From Amoebophrya sp. A120 (Eukaryota; Protista; Dinoflagellata): DNA of 64,000 bases. The translations under genes and the position numbers were made by a program. The notes under the pieces were generated by a model. It searched no databases, had not been told where the DNA came from, and saw only the letters and a list, made by a program, of their open reading frames with translations. Each line of letters opens with the position of its first letter. The stretch's first letter is position 1. Below, piece after piece: positions 49,682 to 60,900 of the stretch. The stretch lies in contig CAJINV010000015.1 of NCBI GenBank assembly GCA_905178155.1, positions 62,001 to 126,000 on the forward strand, in the 5' to 3' direction.

Positions 49682-49890
49682 AAACATCTGTATTACCTGT
49701 AGTAGTTAGAATTTTGTCGTCCTCTTTCAAGATCCAAAATCGTCGTACTGTCAAAACACATGTTGATCGCTTTGCTCAGCGCGCTCGCCTGCGGCTGTTT
49801 CGTTGTCCGTTCGTATTCCTCGAGCTTTCTTTGCGTTCTATGCGGGACATAATGTTCGAAACGTCGACATGCGGTAGAGGGTCAAATTCA
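49682..49890. repeat. ~200-bp diverged direct repeat, copy 2
   Basis: Matches 46770-46976. Confidence 0.8.
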
Positions 49891-50362
49891 ACATAAGTAG
49901 CTGCCTCCTCATCGTTCATGTTCTAGTAGAAACAACATGCTGCATAAATGTCCTTTTTTCCGTCCTCCCGTGAGAACAAATAAGGGTCTAACACTATTAC
50001 ATGTCCGCAAATTTTTATCGAAGAGCAGTCGACTTAAGTCTCACTGTGCCGTTTTTACTCTAGAAGAACTGGCAGAGCTCCTTCTTTTCTACTTCAGTTG
50101 GGGATGGCAATGCTTGAGCGCTTGCGCGCGTTGACCGCCCAGAGACGCAACTGCGGAAAAACGCTTCTCCAGTAGTAGTGCGCTCGGGCGAAAAATCAAC
50201 GACATAATTGATGTTGTACGTACAACAGACAACTGCTTCATCTATTCAATATCCATATCGGTCATAACTACATTATCGACACCCGTGAGTCACAGTTTTA
50301 TCACTTTCGTGTTTTGTACATCGTATAATGTGCTGGCGCAGAGGGAAAAGGAAGGCCAAAAC

Positions 50363-51866
50363 TTAATCTTGTCCGTGGTCCTTTGGTGCGTGTCGGCGGT
50401 GCAGGAATGATGGTGATGAAACGCCGTGTAGTCCTGTACCACCCGCAGGCGAAGAGGTGGATGATGCTCCTGTAGTAGTGCCAGCTGTAGCACCCGACCC
50501 AGGGTAAGGGACGCTGTGTGAAGAAGAAGACGAGCTCGAGCCAGCGCCGCGCAACGCCGCATAAGAGCCTGGCCAGCAGGCGTCCATGGTTTCCTGTTCT
50601 GGCGCCGCGGCAAGAGTACTACTAGCCGGTGGAAGCGGTCTCGGGCCGAGCAGTGACGTTGTTAACAAAGCGAGTTTTTGGTTCTTATCATAGAATACTC
50701 TCCGCATCTGCTCTTTGGGGTGGTTCCTACACCCGACGGCGCAGCTTCTCCCATTATTGTACCCGTCGATGAGGTATCAAATGTAAAAATGTCTGGAAGA
50801 ATACGCGATTTGTAATGCAGGTTTTCCATGCCCCAGCATGAGGTCTGGAATGCAGGGCCTAGCATGGCAGATTCTGCGAGATCTCTAATATCATGCCTAT
50901 CCTGCATGAGAAACTCCTTGTCACCTTGGTCAAAAATGCACGGCTTTTGGTACTCATGCAACACAGATTGTTGCATGATCCAGATTTAGCATGACAAACA
51001 TGCATTCTTCCAGACCCAGACATTTTTACAGTTGATATGAGGCAGGCTTGGCTGTTTTCGAAACAAACATGTCCAGAGTAGCGCACGCAGGCTATCCCAC
51101 AGAAAAAAGCTGGCAGGTGTCATGTTTGTATTATTGTGCAGAAATTATAGGTTAGTAGAGAAAAAACCCGTTCTTGTAGTTACACGTGGAGCTGCAGCCT
51201 GCTATGGATCTGGCCATGAAGACAGATTTTCCTGCGTAGGCGTACTCATTTGGTTTTAATACACTTTGATATACATCAAACATGACCTGTTACAGCTTTT
51301 ATTTTCCGTGGGATACAACCTCCGCAACTGACCGCGTAGTCGCGCACACCCTCGCGAAACTGCTGTCGTCCGTATTCGGTGCCCAAATAGTAGTGGGTCG
51401 CGTTTCGTATCATCGTTCCCTTCTGCTCTTGTCGGTAAAAACCCTTTCCGGCCTCAATGACGTCTCCGGAGCGGCGCATCAAGTATTGCACCGCTTCATT
51501 GCATATCAAATGCAAATATGTCTGGGTCTGGAAGATTCTGAGACTTGTCATGCACGGGTTGCATGAGCCATGATGTCTGTGATGCATGCCCTAGCATCAC
51601 AGGTTTTTTGAGGGATTCTTGATGCCTATTCCGCATGACAAATGCCCTCTCCGCGTAGCAAAAATTAGAATCCTTTTGCTGCTCATGCAACACAAATTTT
51701 TTACACATCCAAACGCAACATCACAAGTTGCATTCTTCCAGACCCAGACATTTTTACATTTGATATTGCAGAAGAGGGACGTCTGGCCGGACTGAAAAGA
51801 CGCTGCTTGAGACTCCGTGCCGGTCGATAAAGCTGAAATTAAATGGATTTTTTCGTCTTATTCTGT

Positions 51867-51901
<35 letters not shown>

Positions 51902-54900
51902 TACGAGTACTACGCCGTGCGTAACTTCGTAGTCCTTTCGGGGAAAATTATTTGAGCTTATCTTGCATTCATATTTCTACTTACAACTAGTCGTGCTGCT
52001 TGTTCCCCAATCATGCACATGAACATTTGCATCAGGCGAATCCGTCTCTGTTCATCAAACAAGCGAAGCGAAAAATAAAAAAATGATTCGCACAAGTACC
52101 GCTGCTTATCTCCGCCATCATTTTTGGAAAATTCATATTCTTCCCGTTCTGCAGATTTGCCAGGCCGAACGCAATGTGCATGATTTTATAGATACTGTTG
52201 TCCAAATTGTCCCCGCTCCCGAGCATCTGCGAAACCCCCGTTAAGCGATTAGGCGTTTCCTGCAACAACGTCGCGAAAGAGACCCCAAAGCTCATGAAGG
52301 CTCTTTCCTTCAGCAACCTTTTTCGCCCCTTGTGCTCATCGTTCAAGTAGCGTGCGTATCAACTGCAAAAGTGTATGGGTCTGGAAGATTGCCAGGTTTG
52401 TCATTGCCAGGTTTGTCACCCATGACGTCTGTGATGCATGCCCTAGCATCACATCTTTTTAGAGGACTTTGTGATGCCTCTACCGCATGAGAAATTATGC
52501 CTCTCCGCGCAGCACAAACTGGAGCTGCAGTCCTCTCGCTGGTCATGCAATACAGCCTTTTTTAGAATCCAGCGACAGCATTACAAGTTTAGAATCTTCC
52601 AGACCCAGACACTTTTGCAATCCATAGTGCGATTTTGGACACCGTGTCTGACTCTAAAACGGCGTTCCGGATTCCGGCTCGGACCTATCAAAAGGAAAAA
52701 TCCCCCCACCCCATATCAGATGGGAAATCTGTGATGCAAGATTTGCATCACACAAATACGCGCTGTCTTGCAATACGGCATCGCAACCAGATCCGCAGCC
52801 TAGGGAGGGACATTTTGGTCTAGTTGCTTAGCATTGCAAACGGCTGTCCTCTAGGCCCAACAGCATGCCAAACCGCTCCCATAATGGCAGGGAAGCCTCT
52901 GCATTTGTCTTCTTGCAAGACAGACGTGATTTGTGGTCTCAAATCAGCAAGACAAATTTCCGGAAGCATGCCTTTTCGATATGGGGAGGGGGGATTTTTC
53001 CTCTCAATAGTACCGTTTTTGTGAATGTGTACCCCGTCGCTTGGTGGGTCGCGTAATCCAAAGCGGACAAAGTCGGACCCACGATGAACCCATTTGCGCT
53101 GGTATTACAATGAAAAATGCCCCCTCCCCATATCAAAACGGAAATCTGTGATGCAGATTTGTGGCCACAAATCAGCTTTGTGATGCTAGAAGGCAAAAGA
53201 TGAAGACACTGTGGTGCTGCCTAGCGTGGGAATAAACCTATGCGTCTCCAGCATGACAGGAGGCAACTAGACAAGTGGGAAACCGCATGACAGATTACCT
53301 GCAATTTATGCCGCAGCTTCGTCTCTTGGCCTTGTAGCAATACAAGTCGATTTGTGTACTCCAATACAGCATCACAAATTCGCGCATCTTCCGTTTCCGA
53401 TATGGGGTGGGGGCTTTTTTCACTATGATAGATGGCGCCCTGCATGCCGGCGATCCCGTACTGGCTGTTGAGGAAATAGATCATGACGGACCGCCATCCT
53501 ATGTAAAAACATCCCCACCCCACAGTTGTCATGCAGATTTGCAATGACAAGAACATTTGTGATGCGCATCCCGATGATGGGCATTTCCATTTTCAGTCGT
53601 GTTTTTGAATTTGTAATGCTGTAAACAGGATACGCATCTCGATTTGTAATCATGCGGCTGTGCTTGCTAACCTGCACTACACTACGGGCTGCAACTTGTC
53701 ATGCGTGGCGTCCAAAACTCCTGGATCTGTGTTGCAGAGATCCCAACTTAACTATGGGGTAGGGACATTTTTGCACAGGATAACCGCAGTCGCTCGATCT
53801 TCTTCTTCGTTCTCCTGTTGTTGATATCAACTGTAAAAATGTCTGGGTCTGGAAATTTGTGATGCTAAAATGTGCAAGAGGAGGTCACTTGCTTATGCAG
53901 GAAAGCATGACAAGGTTGCAGCACGCTTTCTCATACGAACTCCGCATGAGAAACTGCGTTTTTGTATGACAGAAGAGGCTACCACTGTTCTTGGTCATGC
54001 AATACAGATTTCACAGGAATGCAAGACCAGCATTACAAGTTCCAACTTTCCAGACCCAGACATTTTTACATTTGATAGTTGAAAATCTGGAATTTCGGGC
54101 TCACCTCGATATTTTTCTGCATATTATCGAAAACTTGGTTCAAAGCTAACGAGAGCATCGGAAACTCATTCCCGGTGCCATCCAGCACGAAGTTCAACAC
54201 CGTCGAGGTCAGCTGGTTAATACATTGCCGGATGATCATCACGTTCGCTAAATCGTCCTCGTTGCTCAAGCATCAAACGCAAATTTGACTGGGCTTGGCA
54301 ACTTGTGATACTAAAACTTGGATGATCGAAAGAAACACTTCCGAATGCAGCCCAGCATAACAACTTTCCACAACACTTCCTCATGCGCAGCCTGCATGAG
54401 AGACTGCGTTTTCGTAGGACAAAAGAGGCTGCGCCTTTGGAGGTTCTTGATCATGGATTACAGATTTCACAGGAAAAATGTACGACCAGCATTACAAGTT
54501 TGAAGTTTCCAGACCCAGCCAGAATTGCAATGCTTATCAAGGGGACGATAATCTGATCGTGCCACGACTTATCTGCCGGGTTTAGCAAATCGGAAAACGC
54601 GAATCTCTTCATCTTATGCACTGCAAATATGTCTGGGTCTGGAAACTTGTGATGCTGGGTGGCGTCTCATGATGAGGCCACAACTGCTGGCTCAGCATGA
54701 CAAGTCTCTCCGCTTCTAGGTGTTGCCTATTCTGCATCACAAACTGCGTCTCTGCATCACAATAAAATGGAGCTCTTGGGTAACGTGCATGACAGATTTA
54801 AGAGTCATGCCAGACAAGCATGACAAACATGCACTCTTCCAGACCCAGACATTTTTGCACTTGATACATCTGCGACCCAATGACGGATTTCTGTACGTAC

Positions 54901-57900
54901 TTGGCAAAAGCGTTGGCTTCCTGCATATCAAAATGAAAAGTCCCCCCTCCCCATATCAAATGGGAGATCTGTGACGCAGGATTTGTGTACAAAAATCAGC
55001 TCTGTCTTGCAATAGAGGACTGCACGCAGATACGGAGCCTGAGTTGGGCCTTTTCCGTGTAGGCGCCTAGCAAGGGAGACTTATCCCCTGCACGCCATAC
55101 AGCAGTACAAATTGCCCGCAAAACGCGGCGGAGTCTCTGGCTTTGCCTTCTCGCAATACAGAGACGATTTGTGTCCGCAAATCAGCATCAAAAATTTATT
55201 TCAGAAGTATCTCTTTTCAGTAATGGGGATGGGGGATTTTCTCTTACGCTACTGCAGTGCGGTTCTCTCCGGGTCTTTCCGTGTGGACTTCAATTCCCTT
55301 AATGCCCGGCGGTATCAACTGCAAAAATGTCTGGGTCTGGGAGGATTCGAATTTGTGCTGCGAAGTCTACATCATGAGAAAATCTGTCATGCATGGCTGG
55401 CAAAAGGCCGCGCCTTTTGTTTCCGAGAGAGGGGATTTGTCATGCGGATTAGGCATTGGAATACCCGGTCAAAATCTGTGATGCTAGAGCTTGCATGCCA
55501 GACGATCTGGCTCATGCAAAAACTGCATGACAGATCTCGCATTCTTCCAGACCCAGACATTTTACATTTGATAGTCGGTCCTCCTCCAGGTCTTTTGTTG
55601 CGTCCTTCGCGTCGGACATGATTTCCTTCCAAGCTCATCAGATGGAATCATTCCCCCTCCCGATATCGAAACGAAGTTTCTGATGCTGGATTTCAGTACA
55701 CAAATCAGGTTTGTCTTGCAGTAGAGGACTGCAGGCATATGCCAAGCCTGAGCCGAGAGGTTTTGGCGTAGGCTCCCGGCATGAAAAATGTCGACGGTGT
55801 AGGCCTAACAGCATCACAAATCGCCTCAATAGTGCGGCGGACTGTCTCAACTTGCTTTCTCGCAAGACAGACAGGATTTGTGGTCACAAATCTGCATGAC
55901 AGATTTTGAGAAGGATGCGCTTTCAATATGGGGAGGGGGGATTTTTCCTCACGATAAAGCTTCGAATACGGTCTGCGACTGTAGCGGCATGAGTAGATCC
56001 GCGTCGAGAGCGTCTTCCTCATCGTTGTTCTCTTCATCGACAATTCCACCAGCAGCCGCAGCTCGTTGCTCCCTTCTCCGCTGTCTTTCTGCGTCTCTTT
56101 CTCGCTGCAACCTTTCCACTTCCGGATCCCGGTAGATATCTCGAGTCGTCCCCGCCACCGCCTTCCCGCTGAACTTGTGCTCAAACCGAGCGAACTCGGA
56201 ACCGAAGAGCCACTTCTGCATGTAGATTAACGTTTGGAGAGTCAGTTTCAAATTCTCATACGCTAATTTCAACAGTAAGAAGGGCGACGTGATCAGCCGG
56301 AAGGCCGTGCGCTTCATGCCACCCAGAAAGGTGTCCTGCATCCAGTGTTCCCACGGCCCGAGCTGCTTAACCTCGATTTTTGGCTCTTGCTCAGGTATTA
56401 AACTTGGTTCCTCTCCTGTCGGAGGTGCTCCTGCGGATGTTGACGATGATGGTGCATTCCCGCCTGCTTCTGCGGTAGCATTAGATGGATTAATAGGGTC
56501 GTCAGCAGGGTTAGGAAGGAGGGGCTGCGTAAGCGTAGTTCCTACAGCTGGCGCCGTTGTAACGCCTTGTCCTGCAGGTGCCAGTGCCGCTTCGTCATCC
56601 GACTCCTCTTCCTCGATAACTTGAGCGCCAAAAAGCTTATCGTAAAAGCCACCGTACTATCGTATGAAAAAAGTGTTTCACTGTAAGGATTTGGCAGTTT
56701 TTGCATCACAAGTTTGTAGTTCTACATGACAAAGAAAATTTGCCATGCAAGGTTTCTAAGGGAAAACACGGCGAAAAATCCATTGTCTTGCATGCGTAGC
56801 AAGACAAATACTTCTGTGTTGCATTTTATGCATCACAAGTTTACAGTGAAACAGCTTTTTTCTTGCGATACGTACAATCTCGGGTCTTCAAAGTTGTCCA
56901 AGACCATCCGGTATGCACTGCAAAAGTATCGCACTCCTACTCGTATGAATGCATTACAAATTTTCTCAGCATGTGCATGTGAAATGAAATTTGTGATGCG
57001 GATTTACCTTCAGAAAAAGATTGGTAATGCATGATTGCAATACGAGTACGATACTTTTGCACAGGATATCCGGACCGCCTTTTCCTCCTCCAAAACGTAC
57101 AATAATTGCTTCGCCTTTTTCGAAAACATCGAGATCGCAAAGGATCATTTGTAAAAACGTCCCCACACCAGAATCAAGATGGGAAATCTGCTAGACAAAT
57201 CAGCCAGCTTTGGTCATTTGGCATGACAAGTTTCTCCTCGTAGTGTAATCCTGTTTAGGTAGTTCAGCAGCATCACAGATCTAGTATATCATGCAGATTC
57301 TAGGATCACAAATTCCAAAACAAGACTAGAAAATGCCTCTCATGGTGCTCCGCATGACAAACTTTTTTGGCATGCAGATTTGCATGACAACTTTGGCGTG
57401 GGGACGTTTTTACTCAGGATACAAACGTCACCTTCATCACCGAGAACAATCCCGGGCCCCAGCTGTATCGCGAGGAGAAATCCCCCCTCCCCGTATTGAC
57501 AAGGTGCGTTTTCGAAAATTTGCGTTGCTGATTTGTGGCCACAAATCGTCTCTGTGTTGCATGAAGACAACCCCACAGACAGCCGCCGCATTCTACAGGC
57601 GGTTTGTCATGCCGTTGTTCCTACAGCGTAGACGTCTGTCATGCGAAGCGCCTAGGCCAAAACCGGTCTACTCAGGCTTGATATGGGCCTGCAGTCCTCG
57701 CCGGCAAGACAAATCTGATTTGTGTAAAACAAATCCAGCATCAGAAACTTCGTTTTGACATGGGGAGGGGGGATTTTTCACTCTGATAACCTGACCGCCG
57801 TCCCAACCCCCCACAACCCAATCTTCAAGGCGCCAAACATCCAGGGCGACATGCCCTGCCCAAAGAACCGCAGCATGACATGAGCCAGCTCGGTCGCGTA

Positions 57901-60900
57901 TCCTATGTAAAAACGTCCCCACTCCAGAGTTGTAATGCAAATGTGCAATGACAGGAACATTTGTAATGCGCAGCGGCATGAGACGCATTACCAATCGAGT
58001 TTTGTAACTTGTAATGCTGTAAACAGGATGAGAGGGGCTTTCTCATGCGGCTTCTCTTGCCAGCCAGCAAGTTACTGCAGAGGGAAACTTGTCATGCACA
58101 GCTCCCAAAACTTGGAGATTTGTGCTGCTAGATTCCCAACTTGAGTATGGGGTGGGGACGTTTTTACTTAGGATATCGCGTCGTTGACTTGATGACCCGT
58201 CGCCTTCTCGCTAATCCACTTCGTCGCCTCGACCACGGTGAAGTCATATCAAGAAGAAAAGTCCCCCCTCCCCATATCAAAACGAAAATCTGTGATGCAG
58301 ATTTATGGTCACAAGTCAGCTTGGTCATGCTAGAAGGGAAAAGATACGGACAGTGGTGCTGCTTGGCGTGCTGGGACAGTCTTGCATCTTCAGCATGACA
58401 GGAGGCAGCTGGAAGTGGGAAACAGCATGACAAATTTCCTGCAAACGAAGCCAGAACTGCGGCGCTTGGCCTTCTAGCATTACAAGTCGATTTGTGTACT
58501 CAAATACAGCATCACAAACTTCGTTTTCGATATGGGGAGGGGCGATTCTTCCTTTTGATAAGTCGGATTCCTTAGTTAAGAGTTTGGAGATCGGCGCCGG
58601 GAGTCGTTGCAGCTTTTCCTTTATGCAGTGCAAATATCCCTGGATGTCTGGAAACCTGTGATGCTGATTTGCTGCTGATTGCAACGCTTGCTGTGGCAGC
58701 CAAGCGTGGCAAGTTTTTGAAACGCTTTCTGATGTCTAGCACGCACTACAATATATGCGTTCATGCATGACAAAGGAAGCGGCTCTTCTGCTGCGCACGC
58801 AACACAGATTTTCTAGGAATGCAAGACACACATTACAAGTTCCATCTTTCCAGCCTCGGACATATTTGCAGTTGATATCCTTGTAGTACTTTTCCCGGCG
58901 TTCTTATCGAAGAAAAAAACTGTGTTAGTGTAGGTCTCTCGGGAAAACAGCATGACAAGTTTGTCTGCCATGACAGGAAAAACTTGTCATGCGTAGATAG
59001 GACGGGAAACACGTAGTAAGCGAGCCTATCATGCATGTGGAGCATGACAAGCGTAACTGTCTTGCATTTTCTGCATCACAGACTTACACTTACACAGTTT
59101 TTTTCTTGCATAGTTCTTTCTCGGCATTTTCCTCCTTTTCGGCGAAATCCGCGGTGGATTTAATTTTATCATCCGTATTATGCATTGCAAATAGGTCTGG
59201 GTCTGGAAGAATGCAAACTTGTGATGCGCATTTCACAACACAGAAAAATCTCCCATGCATAGGCAGCAAAAGCTGCCCACTCTCTGTCACCAAAGTGGGG
59301 CCTTTGTCATGCGGATTCGGCATTGCTCAAGCTTCTCGAGATCTGTGATGCTAGAGCTTCCATGCCAGACCTTCTGTGTCATGCAAAAGCAGCATGACTC
59401 TTCCAGACCCAGACATATTTGCATTTGATACGTATCGAGCAGGTACTTTAACTTTTCCATCACTTTGTCAACCGTTTTGGAAACTATCCGGTCGACTCTC
59501 TCGACCAGATCCTTTTGTACTCCCTCATCCGCAAACCGCGCCAAGTGCTTGATTTTATTCGAACTTTTCACCGCTGATTGCACTTTTTCGAAAATTTGGT
59601 GCTCCCAGGCCTCGATCTGCTTGTGAGTCGAATCCCGTAACGCGGACGATTGAAACGCAACCGTCTCCCACACGTCGCATCCGGAATTTATCAGTTCCTC
59701 GGCGTGCTTTTTGTTCGCCCGGATCTTTTCAAAAATGAAGCCGAAGCGCGAATCTTTTTTGGTGATTTCCGAGAAGATTTTCGTGGACAATTTGCTCACA
59801 ATCTCGTGCTCAATTTCGTCCAACACAGCCCCTTGGGCGGCGTTGGTGAAGAACAAATTCACTTTCGCCGTCATGTCTCTGTCTTTGTCCGCAATCGAAC
59901 CCCACCCGTCGTTGATGGCCACGGCGACACTCGTATCATTTGTAAAAACGTCCCTACCCCATAGTTGTAGTGCAAATCTGCATGCTGAGAATATTTCTCA
60001 TGCGGAGCGCCCCATGGGAAGCATTTCTTAGCCGTGTTTTGGAATAATTTGTCATGCTCGGGGCAGCATTATATGCTAGATCTGTGATGCTGCTGCACCA
60101 CCTAAACAGCACCACACTACAGGGCCAAACTTGTCATGCGCAACAGCCACAGCTGGTTGATTTGTCTAGCAGATTTCCCATTTTGACTTTGGTGCGGGGA
60201 CGTAGTTTTTACTCTGGATAACTCGCCATCACCTGCATGCCCTCGGGCGAACTTGGGAGACAGGAATCCCGCACGTTGTTCAACGCTTGCTGCAGCTCAT
60301 TGCTCATCTCGCAGTGCATCTGCTGCGCTTTTTTCTTCCAGGCATTCGCTTTTTTCCCGAGCATGAGCTCATTGAATCGGTCGGGGTCGATCCAGGTTTT
60401 TAAATTCTCCAGCAAAATCGACCTCGCCTGATTCGCATACGGGTTGGCCGAGGCGAACAGAACCGCGAGAATTTTCTGCAAATAATTCCGCAACTCCCAA
60501 ATCGCGTTGAAGTCGATCTGCGTAAACTCGCAAAACCTCGTCTTCAGCCAGTGCCACAGGTCCCCGAGACCGAGTTTTTTCCCGACTTTCTGGAAAAAAC
60601 CCCCAACCGCAATCGCCGTCTCCTTCACCTTCTTGCCAATCGCGACCACAGCTTGCGAAATCTTGGATTGGAAAACGGACACTTGCTGCTCCTTCTTCGG
60701 TTCTTCTTTCTTCGGAACTATAGTTGGGTCCTTTATTGGAGGCTTTTTGCACTTGGCATTGTCAGCGCCAGACCCACGAATACTGTTCTTGAACTTTGTC
60801 AAAAACTTGTTGAAAAACCAGCTGTAGGTCGGATCTAACCGTAATTCTTCCATCTCAATCACGGCCTGCGTCATCTGGACCAAGGTGACAATCACCCGGT

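Noticed and set aside
46770-49890. LTR retrotransposon bounded by the 200-bp direct repeats
   Set aside because: No TG..CA ends, primer-binding site, polypurine tract or gag/pol similarity seen.
5291-59348. Many short ORFs sharing peptides such as CKNVWVWK, FQTQTFLH, WGGGIFH and KNPPSPY, resembling a repeated protein family
   Set aside because: They are translations of the family A and B TIRs in various frames, not genes.
52357-60220. Repeat-unique-repeat alternation suggesting a CRISPR array or integron cassette array
   Set aside because: Repeats are 140-330-bp elements of several families with TSDs, the unique parts join into one eukaryotic ORF, and no cas or integrase gene is present.
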